Part shown: piece after piece, positions 11,294-22,460 of the stretch | How the letters are laid out: each line of letters begins with the position of its first letter | Position numbering within the stretch: position 1 is the stretch's first letter | Assembly (NCBI GenBank): GCA_001179505.1 | Contig: CDMY01000626.1 | Coordinates: forward strand, 1 to 40,792 | Source: Vitrella brassicaformis CCMP3155 | Taxonomy: Eukaryota; Protista; Chromerida | Reading direction: 5' to 3' | DNA: 40,792 bases | Notes under the pieces: generated by a model | Databases searched by the model: none | Told to the model about the DNA's origin: nothing | Seen by the model: only the letters and a program-made list of their open reading frames with translations | Position numbers and translations under genes: made by a program

Positions 11294-13016
11294 ATGGCTC
11301 AGCTTGCGGGAATCGTGTGGACTCTGCTGGTCGCCCTGTCCCTGGTGGCCAGTCAGCCCTCTGCAAACAAGACCCCTACGGTTTCCTACAGCACATTCAG
11401 CCTGGTGAGTGATGGAGCCGCCAACGACCAGCCGAGTGTCCGTGCCCTCAGCAGTCCGCCACCGCGTCCAGCTGGTGCAGCTGGCATCCACCGCATCATC
11501 GTCAAGCTCAAGCACCCACACACCGAGGGCCTTGCCCGCGCAGAGACCATCTCGAGGGCACTGCAGGTGTCCCTGTCAGCCGAGACCACCGTGCACACGG
11601 CTGAGACGACGGTCCACCACCTCAACAGCTTGTCCATGGACGTGGTGGATCTGCCGCTAGGTGTCGATGCAGCGGCCACATGCGAGGCTGCCCTCCTGGC
11701 GTCGGATGAGATCGACATCTGCGAGCCGGATGCCGTTGTTGCGACGGCCTCTGGCCGCAGGCTGCGTGCCCGGGCAGCACAGGAGCCCAACCGCTTCGTG
11801 CCCGACGACCCAATCTTCAAGGAGCAGTGGGGGATGGCCAGCATCGATATGCCCGAGGCGTGGGCCTTCCTGTCTGAGCAGCAGCAGGAGACGGACAGTG
11901 GGGCCGACTCAGTGGGCAAAGGTACGGTGGTCGGGGTGATTGACACCGGTGTCGACTACACCCATCCAGACCTCAAGGACGCCATGTGGGTCAATCAAGG
12001 CGAGATCGCTGGCAACGGCATCGATGACGACGGTAGGCAGGGAGGGAGGGGGGGAGGGAGGGAGGGAGGAAGGGACATCCACACACACGATCTGCATGCA
12101 TTCCTGGGTCTGTATGTGTCCACTGCAGTGGAACGATAGCGGCGACTGCCAACAACCAGGAGGGCATCGCAGGCGTGGCATTTGGCAGAACCAAGATCAT
12201 GGCACTCAAATTCCTCTGCGGCGAGGTAAGTCGAGTAAACATAGGGTCGCGGGGCGCTCAAATCACATGTCTGTGTGCGCCTACATCAGGATGGTAGTGG
12301 GTACACCGCTGACGCGCTCCACGCGATCAACTATGCCGTTGCCATGGGGACCACACTGACAAGCAACAGCTGGGGCTCCCTTGGGTCTAGAGCACATCCA
12401 GGGCTCGAGGAGGCCATCAGGGAGGCAGAGGAGGCCGACATGCTGTTCGTCGCCGCGGCTGGCAACGACGACAACGACAATGACGGCCCCAGGAAAGGCT
12501 ACTCGGCATCATCTGAGCTGGACAGCATCATCAGCGTCGGCGCGTCGAATAAGGAAGGAGAGAAGGCGTGGTTCAGCAACTACGGCCTAAAGAGCGTTGA
12601 CGTATTTGCGCCGGGGACGAGAATCGCCTCGACGATGCCCGGTGGCAAGTATAGCTCATCCAGCGGCACCAGCATGGCAACGCCATTCGTCGCTGGTACG
12701 CAAGCACTGAGGACTGCTGTGTGATACCCATTAGACGATCCACTCAATCGCTGCTTTGTCTGTGACTTCAGGTTTGGCTGCCCTTCTGTGGTCGATGGAT
12801 CCGGCGCAGAGCTATCGCGACATCAAGCATCGCATTCTGTCGACTTCCGAGAAGATGGACTCGCTCGAGGGCCTGTGCGTCACGGGGGGCCAGGTCAACG
12901 CACTGAAGGCCATCACATGTGCCGATTGCAAATGGACCCCCACGGAGGAGCCGACGGCGGCTCCGACGGAAGCCCCCACGCAGGAGCCTACGACGGAGGA
13001 GCCGAGGACCCCGTAA
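11294..13016 (+). CDS. Subtilisin-like S8 serine protease precursor; catalytic-His exon absent in this assembly
   Basis: Signal peptide, prodomain, catalytic Asp VIDTGVDYTHPDL, oxyanion AAGN, catalytic Ser GTSMATP and a C-terminal PTEEPT repeat. Exons 11294-12032, 12129-12225, 12290-12695 and 12772-13016. Exon 1 ends in phase 1 but the next exon needs phase 2, and no HGT motif is present. Confidence 0.9.
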
Positions 13017-13288
13017 GGGCCCCCCAGGGCTGGTTCGCTGACGAGAAGCTGCACTGACGGCCGGGGGGAAGACGGCCGGGGGGAAGACTGCCTGCCTGCC
13101 TGCCTGCTGTCTGTAGCGGCGGATATGTATGTGTGTGTATGTCTGCGGCATGTTGGTGTACTGCACTGTCTGTGGTTCGCTGTGGTGTGGTGTGCTCTAG
13201 CTTAGTAAGTGAGATTCGTGTGTAGGTAGTTCTTCGTTCGTTCGTTCGTTCGCTGGTCGGCCGGCAGCGCCGCGCCAGTCACTGCCAC

Positions 13289-13864
13289 TCACTGTCTCGC
13301 GCAGCCTAGTCGGCTGCATCTGCTCTTCGTTGTGTGTGAATGAAACAGCTCTCTCTCTGTCTGTCTCTCTGTCTGTCTCTCTCTGAATAGCTCTCATTGT
13401 GCATACACTCGTACGTTAGTGTGTGTTATATCGGTGCTTTGTCAAGTCGTCGGTGCACCGAGTTCTGACGCGACCTGACGTGATGTGCCCTGCCTGAGTG
13501 CTTCGTTGTCTTTGTTTGTGTGTGCTGTGCTGTGCTGTGCTGTGCTGATTCTTTGTTAATAGCAACTTACTGTACTCACTGCATCTGATGTGTGTGTGTG
13601 CGTGTGTGCGGTCCATGTGGACATATCCATTCCATGAGGGGGGGGATGGGGGGGGAGGGATGGGAGGGACAAGAGACAGACCCACGAGAGACGCATGCCG
13701 TGCCGACAATCACGTCAAGTGAAAAATGACATCATGATGATATCGCTAACTGACACATGTGCCCAATTGTATGTATGAGAGCGAAAGTGCACAGCACGCG
13801 GCTCGCGACACCCATCGCCACAGCACACAAACATTGTCGCACAACTCAAATGCCATTCATTCAT
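13289..13864 (+). repeat. ~575-bp non-coding segment duplicated in inverted orientation at 40225-40792
   Basis: For example tgtctcgcgcagcctagtcggctgcatctg at ~13293 is the reverse complement of the window end. High similarity continues to caactcaaatgccattcattcat. Confidence 0.92.
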
Positions 13865-14395
13865 AAGTACTGTCAATCCCTCCCCTCATTCGTTCATCCC
13901 TCATTTGGCATCTCCACCGCCTCAATCGGATTGACGTCATTTCATGTGAGACATCAGATTGAAAGGGACCGGAGTGACTGAGTGACGATTTGAGTCTGAT
14001 GTCGGTCGGGCTGATTGGCTGTCCGACTGCTTTACCTGTCACAGAGACACCTGCAGGCCGTTGATCATCAATGCGGCACACCAACGAACGCGCAATGCAC
14101 CCCTTCAGCCGACAATCACATCCTCACACACACACACACACATACGCAGGCCTCAGTTGTTTGATTGAGGCGGCATGAGTCGGCCGATCGGCCAGGGAGC
14201 AGTTGGCGGGCATCAGGCTACAGATGTCCAGCGGTCATCACGGAGCGCTCGGCAGGCGTCAGCGGCCCCGGTTCTCTGCCTCCAAAACCCGGTTCTCTGC
14301 CTCCAAAAACCGGTTTTCTGTACAACGCTGCTGGTTTTGTGTACAGGGCAGCTGGTTTTGTGTACACCGCCAAGGCGGGCATCAGTTTGACCATC

Positions 14396-14721
14396 GGTGA
14401 GCGGGGGAGCGTCCTGTCCCGCCGTGTGTGCGCGGCTGCCCAGCAGCAACAGGGAGGTGGTGGGCCACATGGAGAGTGTGGATGGCAAGATGGTGCGGGT
14501 GCTGATGCAGTGCTTCGCCGTGAGGGCCGGGTCGAGTGTGCGCCGGCTGGGGGTGCGTCAGGTGGTGCACAAGGCGCGGCTGGACGAGGTGGTGGCTAGT
14601 GGCGGCTCACGGGCTGCAGGGCGTCGTCAAGGGGCTCAAGACCCACCTGGGCAACACCGACTGCGTGTTCCAGTGGGGCCAGCTGGGACGTGTTCCGTTT
14701 GTGGCGCTGGGAGTCCACTAA
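14396..14721 (+). pseudogene. Frameshifted coding relic of unknown family
   Basis: Protein-like frame (...EVVGHMESVDGKMVRVLMQCFAV...RLDEVVASGG) appears to continue in another frame (HGLQGVVKGLKTHLGNTDCVFQWGQL...VH*), with the shift near 14601-14610. No clear start or upstream exon. Confidence 0.4.
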
Positions 14722-16333
14722 CGGACTGACTGTCTGTCTCATCGCTGTGTAGATAATGAGGGAGGGGGAGTGGGACGGGCTGATGGAAGGGAGGGAAGGA
14801 GGAAAGGGATGCACCGCATGTGAACCTTCGTGTGTGTGGCATGCCGGTGGGGAGAGAAGTTTTGGGCTTTCCCGATGGTGGCCACACATTCTACAACACC
14901 CATCCATCCATCCATCCATCCACAGCCGTTGTGAGGTAAGATGGCCGTGGGCGGATGGACGATGGCATGGACGGACACGGACACACAAAGGCACGAACAG
15001 AGGTAAGGAACCGACCGCAGGCAGGCAGGCAGCTCTGCTGCTGGAACACTCTCACATCTGTGTCCTGGCTGCAAACCTTCAAAGCGTGGCTGCAGATCTC
15101 GAGAGAGGCTCACGATCGCATTTGGCTGTGTCCAGTACGACCGATGTGCATGCCGCTCTGTTTGCTGCTGTGCGTTGGAATTGCATGCCATGTCTGTTAA
15201 TGGGTTGTGAGACACGAGGAAGTCATGCGAAACATTCAGCTAGGACCGGACCATGCGGGGCCTGCTTCATCTATCTACACAGCTGTGCCGTCACCACAAG
15301 CAGCCTCTCTCTGTGTTGCCTGCAAAGAAGAATTTCAGTTGATGCGCTTACTTTGTCTCACGCTGCCCCCCTTTCACAGTACCACACCCCTTAGTTGAAT
15401 TCAGCTCACGTCTCAACGCATGTGCACACACCACGCAAGTGGCCACCGACATATCACTCACACGTGCAGGAGCTTCAGCGAGGAACAAAGCACAAGACAG
15501 CATGCAAATCACGCGACAGCATGATAGACCCGACGAACGCTGAAGGAACGAAACAGCCCCCCACCCTCCCCTCTCTCTCTCCCTACACACAAAAGAGACC
15601 GAGCGGACACACGAAAAGAGCACACAGGCGGGTGATTCAGGTATGGTGCATGCGATGAAGGGTGGGTGTGGCGTGGATGGGGCGAGCAGGCGGCCATTGG
15701 CCTGCGGGAAAAACGAATGCATGCGATGAAGCGAAGCATGACAAGTGGGCCGATCGACAGCTTGATGGCTCAGACTCTGTCTCGTACGAGGTCAGTAAGG
15801 TAGCCAGCCACAAACACTTGAAATCCCCCATTTGCGACACGCACGGCATCAAAACGATAAAAGGAAACGAGACGGGCACATCCACACACACACACACACA
15901 CACATGGAGATATGGATAGAGGCGCGTTTGCTTACGTACTGGAGAATCCTGTACAACCAACGGCATGATGCGATCTGTGTATGCACAGCACACGACACGA
16001 ACATTCGAAAAGGAGCGCATTCATTCGACAACAAAGCCCCGCCGCAAAACAGCCCTCATTCACAGAAGCCCTCCACACGCAATGATGCGCATCACAGCTG
16101 GAGACGGCTGCAAGACACCACTACCTGCGGACGGCCAAAAGGAAGAGACACCATCTCTCTCAACACAGCCCACGGCACCAACACAGCATTTATGCATCGC
16201 GAATTCCTTCTGCCGCCCGCCGACAGAAGCACAAAAGCCTACATGTATACCGAGAAACATGTACACCGAGAAAGGGCCTCTTTGCTTATTGGTCGCCGGC
16301 CAGCATTTAACGCCTCGCTCGTTCGTCCCTCGG

Positions 16334-17585
16334 TCAGAACTGCGCGGCGCACTTTTCGCAAACGGGTGAGCTGGACGGCGACGTGTCGCGCCCTCGCGGC
16401 ACCGAAGGCAGCAGCACATCACCCCCCAGCCCATTCGGCGCCGCACGCCAGTCGTAACCATACCTGCACACACAGACAGACACAAACAGAGGGAGAAGGG
16501 CATAAGCGTGCTTATGCTTGTGGGAACGTTTGCGCCGCGTGGCGTGTCGTGTCGTGGGTTACCCTTTGAGCTGTTGAATGACCCTGCCGAAGTAGTCTTC
16601 TGTCTTGCCCCTGTGGTAGTTGGCGAGCACCCTGTCGAGCTCCTCATGGCACTTGGCAGTGAAGGCCTTGTCCATGTACTCGCCCTTGATGTCCACGTGA
16701 AAAGACGACTGACATGTTGCAGATGGACAATTGACGCAGGAATGTCTGTCTGCGGAGTGTCTGTTTGTCTGTCTGTCTGTCTGTCTCACCCTTGTGCACG
16801 CCCCCGCCCTGCCGACGATCTCGCGCGTCATCTTCTTAGCGACAAACTGACGCGCACATCCCCGGGACCTGCCGCATGTGTGTCCCCCCTCCCTGCCCAC
16901 CTCGAGGAGTGCGTCTTCCGCATCATGGTCCATGGACTGCAGTATGCCCCGCACTGTGCTCTGCAGAGCAGCCACTGACTCCGTCTCTACCAGCATGTCA
17001 TTATCACCCAGCTGCACAGCGGACGAAGACAGACAGACAGACAGACACGACACACATGGATGTGGTTGCCGTGATTGATGGTGAGTGCTGTGGCACGAGC
17101 CCAGCGGTGCGGACCTCAATCGCAAAATAATCAAACTGAACACACAGCGGCACGCGATGTGTACGTGAGTGTGCGCAAAGCTCTATACGCGTGCGTGTGC
17201 GCTCACTGACCTCTCGTTTGACTTGCCGCTTAGACAGTCCTGACGGCACCACCACGGGCGTCGCATGGCGATAGTAATCAAGTATCTGACACACACAACC
17301 ATGTGCACACGGCGAGAGACGGTGAGACCACATCCGTCAAAAGACGCAGAGAGAGATCTCCGTGCTTCTGCGCACCAGCGGGAACAGCTCTGGGTTGCTG
17401 TCGATGAATATGCTGCTGCCCTTCTCTGCCTGCGGCGCCTCTGATACCCGCCCAACCAGCGTCGCCAGCACGGTGGTCGGGTACCGCAGGATGGTACTCC
17501 TCGCCACTTTGAATGGCGTGCCGGCCACGTCGAACTCAACCACATCGCCGACAGTCTTGGACAGTGCCATTTCTATGTTCCCCAC
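16334..17585 (-). CDS. KCTD-type BTB/POZ (T1 tetramerisation) domain protein, ~249 aa (7 exons)
   Basis: Exons 17585-17376, 17285-17211, 17135-17115, 17011-16901, 16846-16790, 16708-16563 and 16463-16334 join in phase. BTB_2-like motifs: VEFDVAGTPFKVARSTILRYPTTVLA, IFIDSNPELFPLILDYYR, REFDYFAI. Confidence 0.85.
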
Positions 17586-17647
17586 TTTCGGTGCTGAAGG
17601 TATGGGGTTTGGGGTTTCAAACCCAGAACCCAGATAGAAGTGGGCTC

Positions 17648-17683
17648 AGGGTTTAGGGTTTAGGGTAGGGTTTAGGGTTTAGG
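17648..17683 (+). repeat. Interstitial telomere-type (TTTAGGG)n tract / telo-box
   Basis: agggtttagggtttagggtagggtttagggtttagg, 63 bp upstream of the BTB gene ATG. It reads AAACCCTA repeats on the gene's sense strand. Confidence 0.85.
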
Positions 17684-17870
17684 CTGATTGCTGAACGGGA
17701 AGGGGCAAAATGGACTCCGAAATTGACCCATTCATTAAATCACTCATGGCTCATCCGCACCTCCAAAAGGTCCATGTAAGGCATGCAGCTGTCTTGCCGG
17801 CTGTCCGGCTGGCTGGCTCTCTGTCTGTCATTCACTCAACACACACACACTCACACTCGCAGAAACACAT

Positions 17871-18256
17871 CAGGGCAGAATAACGACAAACACACACGCA
17901 GCCACATCCACCTAGTCACTACATTCAGTCCAGCCACCCCACACACACTCACTTCAACAAACAAACACACCAATACACACACACACGGGCCACAAGCAGT
18001 GTGCTGACAGATCAGCTGCACTCAGGCGTGGAGGCATGGAAGCAGACAGACAGGCAGACAGGCAGACAGACAAGCAGACAGACTGGCAGACAGACTGGCA
18101 GACAGACGAGGACGCAGAGAGGACGGCACAGCTAGTGGATGGCACCTATTTATGTTAGTACAGCACCATAGAGGGAAACGCACATCTCCCTCCCTCCCTC
18201 CCTCCCTCCCTGGCTACTGCACCACGTGCAGCACCTCTATCTCATCCGCCATGAAC
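17871..18256 (-). repeat. Orphan TLDc C-terminus (KFMADEIEVLHVVQ*) plus 3' flank repeat, copy B
   Basis: Only the last ~14 codons of the domain are present, followed by the flank shared with 6351-6660. It could serve as a terminal exon (18269-18214). Confidence 0.75.
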
Positions 18257-18389
18257 TTACCGATCTCATCTGACGCACCCACGCATTGTCCCACTCATTC
18301 AATCAGTCAGCAGCTGTCTGTCTGTACGCAGACAGGGCAGGGCCCCTCGCCGACGCGAACACACTCACACAGACATTCACACAAATGCC

Positions 18390-18683
18390 TCAGGGCAGGA
18401 TAACGACAAACACACAGGCAGCCACAGCCACTCAGACGCACCAAAACACACACACACACGCAGGGGCACCAGCAGTGTGCTGACAGATCAGCTACACTCA
18501 GAGGACAGGCAAACAGACAGACAGACAGACAGGAGGGGCGCAGAGAGGACGGCACAGATAAACGGAAGGCTATATCAGTGCAGCACCATAGAGGGAGAGG
18601 CACATCCCTCCCTCCCTCGCTCCCTCTCTCCCCCACTACTGCACCACGTGCGTCGCGCGGCACCTTTATCTCATCCGCCATGA
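18390..18683 (-). repeat. Degenerate TLDc C-terminus (FMADEIKVP...) plus 3' flank repeat, copy C
   Basis: Same flank blocks as copies A and B. The coding remnant is disrupted by a small insertion after gtgc. Confidence 0.75.
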
Positions 18684-18730
18684 AGAGAATGGCCCGCCCA
18701 GATGAACGACACGAACAACTCATGGCTGGG

Positions 18731-21054
18731 TTACATCAAAAACAGGAATAGCGACAGCCACAGACAGACCGACAGACAGACACCCATCTGCGCCGCTGAC
18801 GAAATGAAAGGGGCCGCCTGCAGCACCTCTATCTCGTCAGCCATGAACTTCAGCGACCCGCCCAACACAGGATAGCCCTCCTCATCCCTTCCCATGTAGC
18901 CCTCAGGCATATCAAACAAGGACTGATTGCAGCTGCGGATGTCGGCAGCAGGCGGGTCATTGACAGTGGGGCCAGCACCCAAAATGATACCTCCACCGAT
19001 GTACATATTCCCGCGCACCTCATCTTCCTCCCTCCCCGCCACCTCCACCCACTGCCTATATTCTGGTATCTCGATCTTGGTCGGTGTGGTGAAGTGGCCG
19101 GCCAGTGAGAACCACCACACATCACTGTCGTACTTGCGCCAGGTAGTCAGGTCGTCGGGCTCCTGGATGTCGGCACTAATGTAGACGCCAAACACATACT
19201 GGTCCTTCCTGATCACAAAGATGAGAGGCTTCGCGTCGCCCACATTGTCCAGCAGGTCGCTATAGTTGGTGCCCTGGACAGACGTCCTTCACACACACAC
19301 ACACACACACACGCAGATACACACAGACGGAATCTGCCCATTAGCTGTCAGATGATCCCTCTTGTTGGCATGATGTGTGTCTACCGGTAGAGTGAGGTGA
19401 GTTGTGTGGTGTCATTGCCCATGCCCAGCAGGCCGACCAGCGCCTCGTACTCTGACGCTGTAGGGTAAGGGACCTGCAGACACGATCGTCAAAGGATCGT
19501 CAAAGCATCGAAAAAGTGGATGGGCCGTGTCCATACCTCTAGCACTTCTATCTCGTCAGCCATGAACTCCAGCGACCCGCCCAACACGGCATTGCCATCC
19601 TCATCCCTCTCTCCCGTGTAGCCCTCAGGCTTGTAGAAGCTCAAGGTATACTGAAGGCAGCTGCGGATGTCGGCAGAAGGCGGGCCATTGACAGTGGGGC
19701 CAGCACCCAACACCAGATGCCCCCCGATGATCATATTTGCACCCTCCACATTCCTCTTTCTCCCCGCCACACGCACTTCCTGCCACTCTCGAAGTATCTC
19801 GATCTTGGTCGGTTGGGGGAAGTGGCCGGCCAGTGAGAACCACCACACATCACTGTCGTCTGATGGTAGCTGGTCTGGTTGTCGGGCTCCTGGATGCCGG
19901 CACTGATGTAGACGCCGAACACATACTCGTCCTTCCTGACCACAAAGACGAGAGGCTTTGCGTCGCCCACATTGTCCAGCAGGTCGCCATAGGTGGTGCC
20001 GTTGACAGACGCCCTACAGACACAGACATACACACACACACATAGACGGAATGTGCCCATTGGCTGTCTGTTGGCACAATGTGGGTCTACCGGTAGAGTG
20101 AGGTGAGTTGTGTGGTGTCATTGCCCATGCCCAGCAGGCCGACCAGCGCCTCGTACTCTGACGCTGTAGGGTAAGGGACCTGCAGACACGATCGTCAGAG
20201 GATCGTCAAAGCATCGAAAAAGTGGATGGGCCGTGTCCATACCTGCAGCACCTCTATCTCGTCAGCCATGAACTCCAGCGACCCGCCCAACACGGCATTG
20301 CCATCCTCATCCCTCTCTCCCGTGTAGCCCTCAGGCAGATAATCGCTGCGAGTGGACTGCTGGCAAACACGGATGCCCTCAAGAGGATTATTGTTGCCCA
20401 GCCTCAGCTCATCACCGATACGCACTGTTCGTCCAGAGAAATCCAATTGTCCCTCTCTCCCCGCCACAAGCATCAGCTGATCGTCTGGGGGTAAATCCAT
20501 CTTGGTCGGTTGGGGGAAGTGGCCGGCCAGTGAGAACCACCACACACCACTGTGGTAGTAGTTCCAATCGGTCCGGTTGGCGGGCTCCTGAATGCCTTCA
20601 CTGATATACACGCCGATCACATACTTGTCCTTCTTGATCACAAAGACGAGAGGCTTCGCGTCGCCCACTCGGTCCAGCAGGTCGCTATAGTTGGTGCCGT
20701 GGACAGACGTCCTTCGCACACACACACACGCAGATACACACAGACGGAAACTGCCCATTAGCTGTCAGATGGCATGATGTGTGTCTACCGGTAGAGTGAG
20801 GTGAGTTGTGTGGTGTCATTCAGCAGACCGACCAGTCCCTCATACTCTGACGCAGACATCGACGTGTTGCCAGGAGGGGACACCTGCAGGCCGCGCAACT
20901 GGACCTGAACACACGAGTCAGCCATGGACGCCAGAGAATCTGATGACTGGGACATGGTGTGTGTGTGGATACCCACCTGTTGTGCGGGTATTGCCTTCGT
21001 GCCGACCATGGTCGACACCACACACAGAATCATCATGATGAGAACAGTCGCCAT
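18731..21054 (-). CDS. Secreted protein with three tandem TLDc-like domains; one frameshift in domain 2 (possible pseudogene)
   Basis: Exons 21054-20977 (signal peptide MATVLIMMILCVVSTMVGTKA), 20904-20789, 20711-20243, 20179-20091, 20013-19537, 19473-19385 and 19286-18731. Junction phases match except that exon 5 is 1 nt short (cag-ac-gac-agt versus aag-tac-gac-agt in domain 3, at ~19860). Confidence 0.75.
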
Positions 21055-21670
21055 CGCGTGAAGGGGAAGAGATGAGCGAAGAGGACAAAGATCCTTATTT
21101 GTTGAGGTCAGTCAACACGAGGCCGTTGCCAGCCAAAGAGGACAGCGGTGGAGCAAGCTGACACCGATTCGGTAGAAAGGAAAACCGTCGGCTTGATAGA
21201 TCTCCTCTTGGAGCTCCACCGGGGAAGCGAACGGGCAATAGAGGGTTTGGGTTAGGGCAGACAAATTTAAAGGCAGAAGCTCGCAGGCTAGCTCGCAGCA
21301 ACAGCAGCGTAAAAGTCCCGCTGCCGCTGAGAGTGGCATCCGTGGATAGATCAAGACTTGACCGGCCGTCTGACGCCGCCAGCCGGCGAAGAGTGACGGT
21401 CACAGAGGTGTGCAGACGGACGTAGAAGTCCGGGCAGAGCTGGCTGCCATCGCACTCATCTGAACACGCAACACCAGGAGAGGAGCACGGCAACAGCTGC
21501 TCAACTTGAAGCGCCAGATCATCAATCAGACGATGGCGTCGAATGCGCCAGCCACAGCTCCTCAATACACGGGAGGGTGAGCACGCCAGACAGAGCGAGA
21601 CAGAAGCACGACAAGCACACTCATGCTCTCTCTCTCGTTGCCCTGACGATTATCACACAGCAAGTCGCTG

Positions 21671-22427
21671 ATGGCGGCCTTACTGGGATCCCATCCCCAC
21701 GCACCCGAGCCCCCGCCGCCCATGACCATCCCGCCGCCACAACCGCCACAACCGCCACCCCCCCCAGCACACCCCAGGATGGCGTGGCACCATGAGGACC
21801 AGTCGGGCAGAGGTGGGACGACTGTCACACCCATAGGCGAAATGATACACACCCATACCTGTGTCACGTATCTGTAGGTGGTGATGGTGACACCGTGATG
21901 ATGGACCAGAGTGGTGCATCGTCGAGCGGCCATCCCATGGAGACTGAGGGCGAGATGGCCGCGGCCCCACCAGCAGCAGCGGCAGCAGCAGAGGAGGAGG
22001 ACCTGCCGATTATGAAGCACCGGCAGATGATTGTCGACCACATCGAACACAACCCCGTCACATGCGTACAGGTGAGTGAGTGCGGTCCTCTGATGAGTGG
22101 ATGGGTGGGGACACACGGACGGTGTGTGCGATTGCGCGTGTGTGCGTGTGATGGATCAGGGCGAGACGGGCTGCGGCAAGTCCACTCGTGTGCCGCAGTT
22201 TCTGCTGCAGCACCACCAGGCGATGAAATCGACGTGAGAAAGGACATATATGTGCCCGGAAAAGACAGACAGACGCGCGTGTGTGGCCCTTTGCCCAGGT
22301 CCAATTTGAACATCATGTGCACACAGCCACGCAGACTGGCGTGCATCGCGCTGGCGAGAAGAGTGGCCAGCGAGCTGGGCGAAGACGTAAGCACACGCTC
22401 TCTTTCTCACACACACACACACGCACA

Positions 22428-22460
<33 letters not shown>

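Noticed and set aside
14730-16330. Several short ORFs between the coding relic and the BTB gene
   Set aside because: Microsatellite-derived compositions (HT/CV/DR runs) and no consistent exon chain.
20195-20242. C-terminal peptide VWTRPIHFFDALTIL as a conserved protein motif
   Set aside because: It is the translation of a duplicated 63-nt GT-AG intron that links the TLDc repeats in phase.
21095-21565. 156-aa ORF and its apparent paralogue at 7492-7755
   Set aside because: The shared DNA has frame-breaking indels and lies just upstream of signal-peptide ATGs, so I treat it as non-coding 5' flank.
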